Origin: Octopus vulgaris
Lineage: Eukaryota
Assembly (NCBI GenBank): GCA_951406725.2
Contig: OX597837.1
Location: 22,010,001-22,074,000 of the forward strand
Direction: 5' to 3'
DNA length: 64,000 nucleotides
Shown here in pieces: positions 37,755 through 48,609 of the stretch. The position numbers were made by a program, and so were the translations under genes. Position 1 is the first letter of the stretch. Each line of letters begins with the position of its first letter. Below the pieces are notes generated by a model. That model saw only the letters and a program-made list of their open reading frames with translations, was not told where the DNA came from and made no database searches.

Positions 37755-38000
37755 AATCATTTAGTTGAGCTTAAAGAACACATTCAGTTATCAGTACAGG
37801 AGCTAACACCTGAAATGTTTCAAAATGTGTTTCACAATGCTCAGGAGAGATTTGAAGTCTGCAGGAATACAGACATGTTGAAAATTTTTAATAAAAGTTT
37901 GACGTAAGATTTATAAATCTTTTTGTTTTGGTATTAAACAAAAAATTACCATTTTTTAAAAATTTGCTCAATTTAAGTGAAACAGATCTGAAACACCCTG
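37755..38000 (+). mobile_element. Tc1/mariner right-end remnant with transposase C-terminus
   Basis: LVELKEHIQ..TPEMFQNVF..RFEVC..HVE; ends gaaacaccctg|TA. Confidence 0.6.
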
Positions 38001-38232
38001 TATGGTGTAGCGTTGTTAGTTGTTGCGTTGCTAGAGTAAATATTAAAATCAAAGGTCTTCTTGCCGTAAACATCCCATCTTTCCATCAAGCATATTGTAC
38101 CAAGGGGTATATTATCCAAAATGTATCTCTCCTTTATAGGCGTGGCTGTGTGGTTGAGCAGCTTGCTTTCCAACCATGTCGGCTTGGGTTCAGTCCCACT
38201 ATGCAGCACATTGGGCAGTTCTCTTTCATTAA

Positions 38233-38454
38233 CCCTTTCGTTACCGTATTTATTTTGAGATGCTCTGTGTTTCAGTCAATTAATTTTAAATATAATAAAG
38301 AATTTAGTAAAAGAAATTAGTTATCATTAAACTAGTGTTGGGAACATAAATTGTGACTAAGATTTGGTGGAAGATTTTAATTCAAAACTTATGAAAACAA
38401 GACATTTGTGCTACAGAGCCAGAGGCGGTTTTGGCCGGGTTGGTTTCGAAAGGG
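38233..38454. mobile_element. piggyBac-type MITE (~220 bp) inserted in a SINE B
   Basis: TTAA|CCCTTTCG..CGAAAGGG|TTAA. Confidence 0.88.
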
Positions 38455-38609
38455 TTAAAGCTCCATGCCAACCAAAGCCTTGTATTATATAATTGCCATT
38501 ACTGTATTGATATATAAAGTAACACATACAACTCACTTGTTATTGTCATATAATAAACAAACAACTTCGTGTATGAAATTGATCTTTTTTCTACTTAAGC
38601 TTTTGACAG

Positions 38610-39550
38610 GGTACCCCACTTCCTTATCCAGTGGCCAATGCAGGAGCTAGGGATAGATAAATAGTTGATGAGAGCTGTACATGCTATGTACAGGGATGCT
38701 GCTAGTAAGGTGAAGGTCAGCAATGAGTATAGCAATGATTTTAGTGTAGAGGTAGGAGTTCGCCAAGGATCAAGTTCTCAGCCCCTTCTTGTTTATCTTA
38801 GTCCTCCAGGTCATAACAGAGGAATTCAAGCTGGCTGCCCCTCTACACTGATGACCTTGTTCTTATAGCTGAATCACTACCTAATCTAAAAGAAATTTCA
38901 GGTGTGGAAGCAAGGTCTGGAATCTAAGGGCCTTAGAATTAATTTAGCAAAGACCAAAGTCCTTGTAAGTAGGAAAACAAACAAATCACAAGCCTCTAAA
39001 GGGAAAAGGACCTGCTCGATATGTAAGGGTGTTGGTAGAAACTCCATATATTGTACCCAGTGCAAGCTTTGGACACACAGAGGTGCAGCAGTATCACAGG
39101 AAGGTTAATGAACTTTGAGTGTGGCAAATGTGTGGGTACAATAAGCACAAAGAATGTGCAGAGAATAAACTTCCTCAAATGTTTGTGGGGGACCCTTAGA
39201 AGTAGTAGATAGCTTCTGTTACCTAAGTGATAAAGTTAGCAGTGGAAGAGGAAGTTCTGAAGGCATAGCAGTTAGAAAAAAATGGGCTGGGCAAGTTCAG
39301 AGAGCTACTGCTCCCACTCCCCTCTCCCAGCTGAACGGTCTTTGTCTTGCAGGTGCTGGTCCCATATATACGCACCTGTGCCAGTGGCAAGTAAAAAGCA
39401 CCCAGCATATTTGGTAAAGTGATTAGGAAGGGTATCCAGCCAAAAAAACCATGCCAAATGAGACAACTGGAGCATGGACACCTGGCCAGTTCCTATCAAA
39501 CCATCCAACCCAACCCAATATGGAAAATGTATGATGGTGATGATGCCATG
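38610..39550 (+). pseudogene. RTE-clade LINE RT remnant and 3' tail
   Basis: VEVGVRQGS..LYTDDL..GLRINLAKTKV..CSIC..C..CKLWTH..EVVDSFCYL; tail aaaagcaccc..ggaagggtatccagc..(GAT)n. Confidence 0.82.
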
Positions 39551-40160
39551 AATAAAAGGCAAACAGTTCTACAGCTACAGACATAAGAAGGAATCATAAA
39601 ACTAAAGCTATCTCCATTAGAAGAGGAATATTCAAAGGAGACTCACTCACTCCACCTCCTTTTCTGTCTGGAAGTGACACCTTTAACTAACATGTTAGAC
39701 AGAACTGGATGTGGATACAACTGCTATGGTAAAACAATCAACCATCTCTTGCATATGGATGATCTAAAAGTTGTATGTTGTAAATGACAAACAACTGAAA
39801 AAATTATCACAAACAGAATATAGATTTACCATACAAATAAATATTAAATTCAGCTTAGAAAAATGTACGAGAGCAACCTTGTAAAGAGGAAAACAAGTTA
39901 AGAGTAACAATACCACACTAGGTAAAGAAAATGAAATAAGAGAACTAGACCAAACCCAGACATACAAATACTTAGGAACCAATGAACTAGATATGGTACA
40001 ACACACAAATGAAAGAGAAGATGAGGAAGAAATACTATAGACAAGTTAGATTAATACTTAAAATAGAGTTCAATGTGAAAAATAAGGTAATATTCTAGCT
40101 GTCCCATTTATAAATTACAGTTACAATATTCTTAACTGGATACTAAATGAATTAACCAAA

Positions 40161-40346
40161 CTCTTTTACTCGTTTCAGTCATTTGACTGCGGCCATGCTG
40201 GAGCACCGCCTTTTTAATCAAGCAACTCGACCCCGGGACTTATCCTTTTGTAAGCCCAGTACTTATTCTATCAGTCTCTTTTGCCGAACTGCTAAGTAAC
40301 GGGGACATAAACACACCAGCATCGGTGGTCAAACACAGACACACAA

Positions 40347-40393
<47 letters not shown>

Positions 40394-40560
40394 TACGACG
40401 GGCTTCTTTCAGTTTCCGTCTACCAAATCCACTCACAAGGCTTTGGTCGGCCCAAGGCTATAGTAGAAGACACTTACTGAAGGTGCCACGCAGTGGGACC
40501 GAACCCGGAACCATGTGGTTGGTAAACAAGCTACTTACCACACAGCCACTCCTGCGCCTA
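40161..40560 (-). mobile_element. SINE family B
   Basis: Full-length, CpG-rich. Confidence 0.88.
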
Positions 40561-41195
40561 GACAAGAAAATTTTTTAAATGACAGAATTTAAAATATGTC
40601 ACCTAAAATCTGACAAAGAAAGAGATGATAAGTGATGGCTAGAAGAATAATGAGCTTTATTTGATAACCAGCTGATCTAGCAAGTGGGGCCTCATATCAG
40701 TGCGTATTGATGCCGTCGAGAGGTAGGCCCCGAATGGTGCGCATTCTCTCCTAATGACCCCATACACTTGCTGGCTTCTGGTATGCGGAGTTTTTGACTG
40801 GTAGCACTTGCATGTGCAAGTTGTTTGCAAGACATCAATGAATTGAAGGTGGAAAAACTACTATAAAATATCCACAATAGGATTACAGAAATATCTAACT
40901 TAGAACCAAGGAAAACTGGTACAAAAAGCTGCAAAGCATGAGCAAAACAAAAACTGTTTTCTGCTTTCAAGGAAGCCGAAAAATACAAGAAAGAGACCAT
41001 AGTACCTGACAACTATGGAGAAAAAGAGCAAACAACAAAAGCTGTAAACAAATAGAAAGATTTAATTTATCGACCCTGAAAGGATGAAAGGCAAAGTCGA
41101 TATGGTGGAATTTGAACTTAGACTGTGAAGACAGACAAAATAATGCTAAGCATCTCACCTAGTAAGCTAATGATTCTGCCAGCTCGCTTCCTTAA

Positions 41196-42272
41196 CCCTT
41201 TCGTTACCAAACCGCCCGAAAAAAATTTTGGTTAATGTGACCAAACCGCCCAAAGCCGCCCGAATTTACCTATTCATATTTAAATGAGAATATCAGAGCA
41301 AATCTCTTTAGTACATTCGTGAAAATACGTATTATACTTCGTAAAGAGTTCAACTACAGTTTTGTACAAAAATCGAAGTGTAATTTTAATTCCGTGAATT
41401 TTGGGAGATTTTTTTCCGAAATTTGTTCCTATTGTGTTTTCAAAAATTTGTAATTCTGACAAAAAATGGATACGAATTTCATTATATCAAGCAGCGAGTC
41501 AGAATTCGAAGGATTTTCTACTGAAGACCTTCATAAATCTAACTCTATGACTGAAAAAAAAAAGCATGTGGTATTTGATAATGAATCTGATGTTTCATTT
41601 TCCGAAAGTGAAAACAGTGAATCCGAGAGCTCCGACAACGATAAAGAAAATGAATTGGCCCCTGAATGGAGTGAAAATTTAAAAACTGTTTCTTTCGGTG
41701 ATTTTTCTGAAGAAACTTGACCAAGCCACAGACTTTCCCAGAAGAGTAAAGCCTTAGACTATTTCGTTTTACTTTTTCGAATGAGCCTATTTGAAATCAT
41801 TACGGCGGAAACGAACCGTTACGCTAAATGTAAACAAAACGAAAGAAAGGATAGTTTGTGGTTTCCCATAACCTTAAATGAAATTAAGACTATTTTGCCA
41901 TAAATATTATTATGGGTATCAGAAAGTTACCCAGAATAACAAATTCTATCGTAAAATTTTGTTGTATACCCAATTGAATATTAGCTAATAACCCATTTTC
42001 TATAGCGATGTTTGAACAAAATTTTAATAATTTTATATTTTGTTGAATTTACCTGTATCTACCTGCAATTAGAGTCACTTTGTGACAAAAACTATAGTAT
42101 AGAATTGGTTGAGAACATTTCATTAAATTATCTTCCAAAATTCACGTTAATATATTGATAAATAAAAAAGTTATAGTTTTTTAATGAAACCAGACTAAAT
42201 TTATGATTATGTTAGAAATTAATTGAAACACATAAGGGGTGTATTTTGGTCAGAAATATAGTAACGAAAGGG
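41196..42272 (+). mobile_element. Internally deleted piggyBac transposon with transposase N-terminal remnant
   Basis: TTAA TSD, 12-bp TIR CCCTTTCGTTAC. Acidic N-terminus (ORF 41466-41720), then ALDYF..LFEIITAETNRYA..WFPITLNEIK as in piggyBac/PGBD transposases; no DDD domain. Confidence 0.88.
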
Positions 42273-42279
42273 TTAATAA

Positions 42280-42850
42280 TAATAATGATGATGATTTCAA
42301 ATTTTTGACACAAGGCCAGGAGTTTCAGGGGAGGGGGTAAGTTGATAATATTGACTCCAATGTTCAAGTGGTACATATTCTGCCCACTCACCACCTTAAT
42401 AATAATAATAATAATAATAATAATGATTTCAAATTTTGGCACAAGCCCAGCAATTTCAGAAGAAGGATTAAATCGATTACATCAACCCCAGTACTCAACT
42501 GGTACTTATTTTATTGACCCCCAAAACATGAAAGGTAATTTTGACCCCGGTGAATTTTGAACTCAGAATGTAAAGACAGACAAAATGCCTGGCTTGCTAA
42601 TGATTCTACCAGCCTGCCACCATATTGATAATAATACTTTCTACTATAGGTATAAGGCTTGGAATTCCCGGAGATGGGGCTAGCCAATTACATTAACCCC
42701 AGTACTTAATTGGTACTTAATTTATAGACGCCAAAAAGATGAAAGGTAAAGTTGCCCTCAGCAGAATTTGAACCCAGAAATACTGCAACAGACGAAATAC
42801 CGCTAAGCATTTTGCCTGGTGTGCTGATGATTCTGCCACCTCGCTGCCTT
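42280..42850 (-). mobile_element. Array of SINE A2 copies downstream of the DUF229 stop
   Basis: Three same-strand copies with (ATT)n tails. Confidence 0.8.
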
Positions 42851-43044
42851 AATAATAAATAATGGTAATAATATTTACACAGACCATTGGATTTTTTAAA
42901 GAAATGAATAACATTATGATGATGATGATGATGATGATAGTAATATCAATGATGGTAAAATGGAACAGAAAGAATGTAGTGATCAGTCCACTGCACTTTG
43001 CCCTGTGGGGGTCATCACACCACCATCACCAGCACCACTGCTTC

Positions 43045-43314
43045 TCAAACATTCTTACAATAGCAATATTTTCGAAGATCTGGGAATTTCTCACTGATAC
43101 AGTTTGGTTCATCGCCATATTTGTTGAGACGGCTGATTTCAGGGAAAACTTGGAAATTTTGGTTTTCAAGGTTGACCTTTACGCTGGCTTCATAAAGGCC
43201 ATTGTTTGGTTTTGTCTCAAAGGTCAGTTGGTAATTGATGGTATCCAGCAGTGTCTGCCGGCTGAAGTTAGCAATTCGGTTATCAGGATCCTTGGAACTA
43301 ATAAATTTCAGAAC
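43045..43314 (-). CDS. DUF229-family protein, terminal coding exon
   Basis: Acceptor ttgcag| at 43315, phase 0. VLKFISSKD..YQLTFETKPNNGLYEA..ISRLNKYGDEPNCI..LRKYCYCKNV*, the characteristic DUF229 C-terminus; TGA at 43047-43045. Spliced CDS is 3585 nt. Confidence 0.92.
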   Translation of the reverse strand, partial: VLKFISSKDPDNRIANFSRQTLLDTINYQLTFETKPNNGLYEASVKVNLENQNFQVFPEISRLNKYGDEPNCISEKFPDLRKYCYCKNV

Positions 43315-43324
43315 CTGCAATTTG

Positions 43325-43660
43325 AATAATAATAATAATAATAATAATGATGATAATAATGATAATAATAATGATAATAATAATGATGATAATAATAATA
43401 ATAATGATAACAAAAAAATAATAATAATGATAATAATAATAATAATAATAATAATGATAATAATAATAATGATAATAATGATGATAATAATAATGATAAT
43501 AATAATAATGATAATAATAATAATGATAATAATAATAATAATAATAATGATAATAATAATAATGATGATGATAATAATGATAATAATAATAATAATAATG
43601 ATAATAATGATAATAATAATAATAATAATAATAACAATTACAACAATAATAATAGTTAAT
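43325..43660. repeat. (AAT/GAT)n microsatellite, ~330 bp
   Basis: Seen directly; expanded tail of the SINE at 43670-43880. Confidence 0.95.
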
Positions 43661-43669
43661 AATAAAAGA

Positions 43670-44350
43670 ATTGGTTTCAAATTTTGGCACAAGGCCAGCA
43701 AGTTTGGGGACGGGGCTAATTGATTACATCAACCCCAGTGCTCAACTGGTACCTTAGCAACCCTTGAAAGGACGAAAGACAGTAAACCTCAGAGGAATTT
43801 GAACTCAAAACATAAGGACAGAGAAAATCCCATTAAGCATTTTGCCTGGCATGCTAACAATTCTGCCAACTTGCTTTCTTAAATAATAATGGTTTCAAAT
43901 TTTGACACAAGGCCAGCAATTTTTGGTGTAGGGAGTAAGTTGATTACATCAACCCCAGTGCTCAACAGATACTTATTTTATCAACCCCTAAAGAGGACGA
44001 AAGGCCAAAGTCGATCTCAAAAGAATCCGAATGCAGAACATAATAATATGGATGAAAGGTCACTAAGCAGTTTTCCCAGCGTGCTAGCAATTCTACCAGC
44101 TCACAGTTAACGATAATAATAATAACAACAACAATAGTTTCAAAATTTGGCACAAGGCAGCAAGTTTGAGGGAGGGACTAAGTTGATTAAATCAACCCCA
44201 GTATTCAACTGGTACTTATTTTATTGACCCTGAAAGGATGAAAGACAAAGTCGACCTCGGTGGAATTTGAACTCAGAATGTAAAGATGGATGAAATACTG
44301 CTAAGCATTTTGCCTGGAGTGCAAACAATTCTGCCAGTTTGCCACCTTTA
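43670..44350 (-). mobile_element. Three head-to-tail SINE A2 copies (intron 2)
   Basis: Copies near 43670, 43890 and 44135. Confidence 0.82.
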
Positions 44351-44369
44351 GAGTAATATTCTTTGTTAA

Positions 44370-45041
44370 CCCTTTCATTACTGTATTTATTTTGGGATGC
44401 TCCATGTTTCTTTCAATTACTTTAAATATCACAAAGAATTTAGCAAAATATCTTAGTTATCATTCAGCTAGTGTTAGGAACATAAATTGTGACTAAGGTT
44501 TGGTGACCAAGGGTTTGTGACTAAGGTTTGGTGACTAAGGTTAGGCGGAGAGCTGACAGAAACGTTAGCATGCCTGGTGAAAAGCTTAGCGGAACTTCAT
44601 CTGCCGTTACATTCTTAGCTCAAATTCTGCCGTGGTCGACTTTGCTTCGGGATCGATAAATTAAGTACCAGTTACACACTGGGTCGATGTAATCGATTAA
44701 TCTCATTGTCTGTCCTTGTTTGTCCCCTCTATGTTTAGCCCCTTGTGGGTAATAAAGAAATAGGTATTTCATCTGCCGTTACGTTCTGAGTTCAAATTCT
44801 ACCGTGTTCGACTTTGCCTTTCATCCCTTCGGGATCGATAAATTAAGTACCAGTTACACACTGGGGTCGATGTAATTGACTTAATCCTTTTGTCTGTCCT
44901 TGTTTGTCCTCTCTATGTTTAGCCCCTTGTGGGCAATATAGAAATAAGGTTCGGTGGAAGACTTTAATTCAAAACTTATGAAAACAAGACATTTGTACTA
45001 CAGAACCAGAGGCAGTTTCAGCCGGGTTGGTAACGAAAGGG
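44370..45041. mobile_element. piggyBac MITE carrying a nested dimeric SINE A1 (44543-44945, plus)
   Basis: TTAA-flanked CCCTTTC..GAAAGGG; SINE flanked by taaggtt. Confidence 0.85.
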
Positions 45042-45673
45042 TTAAACAAGTAGGACTTGTTATCAACATACATCACACCTTTTACTAATATTTTAGCTGC
45101 TATTTCCTCACAGTTTGATACAGGTACCCCTTATGATCTTCCCACACTTGACCCTGCAATCAAGACACGATAAGTGGAAGGTAAGAAGTACTTGACTGGT
45201 GTTTTATCAATGCTTGGAGGAGGAAAAGTAATTGGATCGCAATGGTATTTGAACTAAGAATGTAAAGAACTAAAACAAACCACCAGGGACAAGGCCTGGA
45301 ATTTGTGGAAATGATACAAAAAATTCTGCCAATTACCATCTTTCCCCGATCATCATTTAACATTTTTTTTTTGCTAGAATGGGTTAGATGATTTAACAGG
45401 AACTGGCCAGCCTGAATTGAATAGCTTAACCAGGCTATTTAACTATTCTCTGTGAAACCAGTTGAGTCTTTAATTATAATAATAAAAGAAATATTTTAGC
45501 TATTCACAGTGTATTTTCAACTTCTATTTCTCCTATTTGTCTACCCATGTGGAACAAAATAACTTTGTTTTCAATAATTAATATATATATATATATATAT
45601 ATATTAACAGGATGGGCATAATCAGAATACATTTGATCATAGATCTGTTGGATCAGATTGATTAAGAAGATTG

Positions 45674-45839
45674 ATAGGCGTAGGAGTGGCTGTGTGGTAA
45701 GTAGCTTGCTTACCAACCACATGGTTCCGGGTTCAGTCCCACTGCATGGCACCTTGGGTGAGTGTCTTCTACTGTAGCCTCGGGCTGACCAAAGCCTTGT
45801 GAGTGGATTTGGTAGATGGAAACTGAAAGAAGCCTGCCG

Positions 45840-45870
<31 letters not shown>

Positions 45871-46068
45871 TTGTCCCCCCCCCCCCACCAACATTGCTTG
45901 ACAACCAGTGCTGGTATGTTTACGTCCCTGTAACTTAGTGGTTTGGCAAAAGAGACCGATAGAATAAGTACTGGGCTTACAAAGTGTAAGTCCTGGGGCC
46001 GATTTGCTCAACTAAAAGGCGGTGCTCCAGCATGGCCACAGTCAAACGACTGAAACAAGTAAAAGAAT
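45674..46068 (+). mobile_element. SINE family B
   Basis: Full-length. Confidence 0.88.
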
Positions 46069-46757
46069 AGGTTAAACAACAAGAGAGCCTGTATGTAGTT
46101 GCCTGCTAGAAATGACAGCAGACAAGTTTGTACAATTTGAAATGAAGGAGGAAGATGACAATGGACAATTTAGTAATTCCTGGTCATCGCTGGAATGCCC
46201 TTAATCATAGGTCTGTTTGCTAATTGAGCTAACTATGACAGCCATCTGCTGCTCCATAAACCATTTCTCAAAAACTAAAAATCATTAAAAGGAAAGTAAA
46301 TAAACCAGTTTTGTTGATTTAATCAATTCTGAAATATATATTTTGCTTTTGTTTAAGTCAGTTGCATTGATTTTTTTGTTTGTTTGTTTTTTTTGCCGCC
46401 TTTTGTACTTAAAGATTATCTGAAGTGTTCAGAATTAACAAAGATCAATTCTGGAACAGATAATCAATCCAAAGACATATGTTAAAGATAAGAAAACAAA
46501 AAATTGTTTCTCTTTTTTAAATTTAAATGTTTTAAATGTTTATATGTTATTAAAATTTATAAAAAAAATTTTGACTATAAAAATAAAACAGTATAATCTG
46601 CTACAATGAACCAACAGACTGAATATTTTTACAGGAGAGAGGGGGAGAGAGAGAGAGAGTTTTGTTGACTGAATCAACCTGGTGTACGTCTGAAACTTTT
46701 AATACCTGAGGAGGCTAACTAGAAGAAGATGAAGATGATGATGATAATAATAATAAT

Positions 46758-47021
46758 AGGAAACCCCAAAATGGCAGAAATTCAAAAGATAGTGCTCATG
46801 GGAACTGCTCGTATCCTACGCAAAATACTTTCTATGTAATCTCAGGGTTTAAAACAAACATTTTTTTTTTTTGGACATTCACTAGTACAACACCAAAACA
46901 AAACCAAATATATGGCACACTAGGCATAACAACAGCATGAACTTCCAACCTGTTGTCTCTTGAGGTCTCTGGGTGAGACTTGGAGCCAACTTGTACAAAT
47001 ATAAAGCAAAAGTCAAACATA

Positions 47022-47080
<59 letters not shown>
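46758..47080 (+). mobile_element. Dong/R4-like 3' end inserted in (TAA)n
   Basis: GNPKMAEIQKIVLMGTARILRKILSM*, 3' UTR and (AAT)n tail; Dong elements are known to target TAA repeats. Confidence 0.78.
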
Positions 47081-47084
<4 letters not shown>

Positions 47085-47646
47085 AGTATTTAATTTTGCT
47101 ACTTGTAAGGGATATTAGCTGCATGTAACTGGGCCTCCTATCTCAAGAAAGATATATCTCCTATTCTGCTTCGCACAAACTAAATCTGAAGATACAAGTT
47201 TTAGTTTTATATTTCATCAGGATACATGTTTAAGTTTATGACACCCTGTTTTACATGGAGACATTTGCTACACCCTATTTCACTACCTCCATGTGCACCT
47301 ACCATTTGCTCATTATGAAAAAACAAAACACAGTTTTTTATTACTCAGGGCCACTGTTTGTCTGAAAATCAAAAGTAGGAGTTAACATATTTAATGTAGA
47401 GAAAACAAATCTAACTATGGTGAGAAGAAAGCATTTTCTCAATGCATAATAGAAGATAATCATTTTCAAAAGTAGGAGAGACAACACTGAACATGTTTTG
47501 GTTTTATTAGACCTCTTCAGAAGTATTGATTTCACTGGACTTGCTCATGTTTTAGATTTTTTTTCTCTGCATTAAATATGTTTACACCTAACTGTAAAGT
47601 ACAAACAAGTTTCTAAGGAGATATATTTAAATGTAACAGTACAAAC

Positions 47647-48590
47647 CTTCTCATTCGGAGACACTAAATAGACAGAGAATATTTTTTTCAGTGAAAGTTG
47701 ACCACACAAATGTTTCACAGGCAACAGAAGTGTCCTAATGTAGGACATAACTTTCTGCATTGATGAATGTACAAGCTGGGTGGAAGGATCAACAGGGTAT
47801 CTCGACAGGCAGCTACACCAGTGCATAGCAATGCCAGCAGATTTGCATGTTCGATTAAGTGGGATTGGCTGCAAGAGACTGAGACCACGAGTCGAGTAAT
47901 CAACAGGTTCAAACATACGAGTCGAGTCAAGTATGTCCAGCATTGTCTCATGCACGTCAAATGGTGTCACTAGTCTCTCCTGATTGCCCCTCAGATTTTT
48001 CATAAAATATGAGTATTTCAATTGAAACCACTTCGGGAACACGAAGGACATGAAAGGCAGGCGTTCTTCCAGCTTGCCTTGGACTGTGTTGCGTACACTG
48101 CCATATCGTGCTCCGTGGTCACTCATAACTATCAACAAGGTGTTGTTTAAGTAGTTTCCCTTCTCCATGGACTGAAAGAATGTCAGCAGATCCTTGTCCA
48201 GGTACTGGATAGGATTGTTGTCATTGTGAGACAGTTCTCCGTGGAAAGCAAATGCGAACTTGGATACATTGTTATACTTCTGGAAAAAGTCTTTGAGATA
48301 ATCCAAAGTGAACTGATGCTTTGGTTTGGAGCCAAGACAGAAGTTGATGCTGCTTTCATCAAGCACAGATTCACTGATGGCTTGCCAGAAAGGTCGCATG
48401 TAGTGGTCAGTCGGCGCATTGTAGAAACCATTGAAACGTAGATTGAATACACCAAGACTAGGGCAGTCTTCGGCAAATAACGTGACGTAGCCTTTCGAAC
48501 GGAACTTGTTCCATACCAGAGGATAATCATCAACAAATCCTGAAGTAAGTTGGTTCTTACGGACTTCAGGTAATTCAGTTTCTGTTCTTC
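47647..48590 (-). CDS. DUF229-family protein, coding exon 2 (catalytic core)
   Basis: Acceptor tttttcag| at 48591 restores frame (G+GA=Gly): RTETELPEVRK..VDDYPLVWNKF..GYVTLFAED..GF..PTDHYMRPFW..HGELSHND..MSDHGARYG..GKLEERLP..NQERLVTPFDVHET..RTCKSAGIAMHWCSC..SPNEK. Phase-0 donor AAG|GTTTGT at 47646. Confidence 0.93.
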
Positions 48591-48609
48591 CTGAAAAATA
48601 AAAATGACA

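Larger units (their letters stand above)
35887..41052 (+). pseudogene. Fragmented R4/Dong-like LINE (plus strand), possibly extending upstream to ~32600
   Basis: PKQFYQE..ELEEFWK..TIEEVTQAL (36950-37170); NHLLHMDDLK..FSLEKC..YKYLG..KKYYRQVRLILK..VPIINYSY (39570-40160); NYYKISTIGLQKYL (40850-40900). Interrupted by younger elements. Confidence 0.75.

Noticed and set aside
41466-41720. Acidic 84-aa protein as a host gene or domesticated PGBD
   Set aside because: Truncated transposase N-terminus with a stop and frameshifts, inside intact piggyBac TIRs.
43315-43723. Poly-Ile/Leu N-terminal extension of ORF 43045-43701
   Set aside because: Intronic (ATT)n; the real exon begins at the acceptor at 43314.
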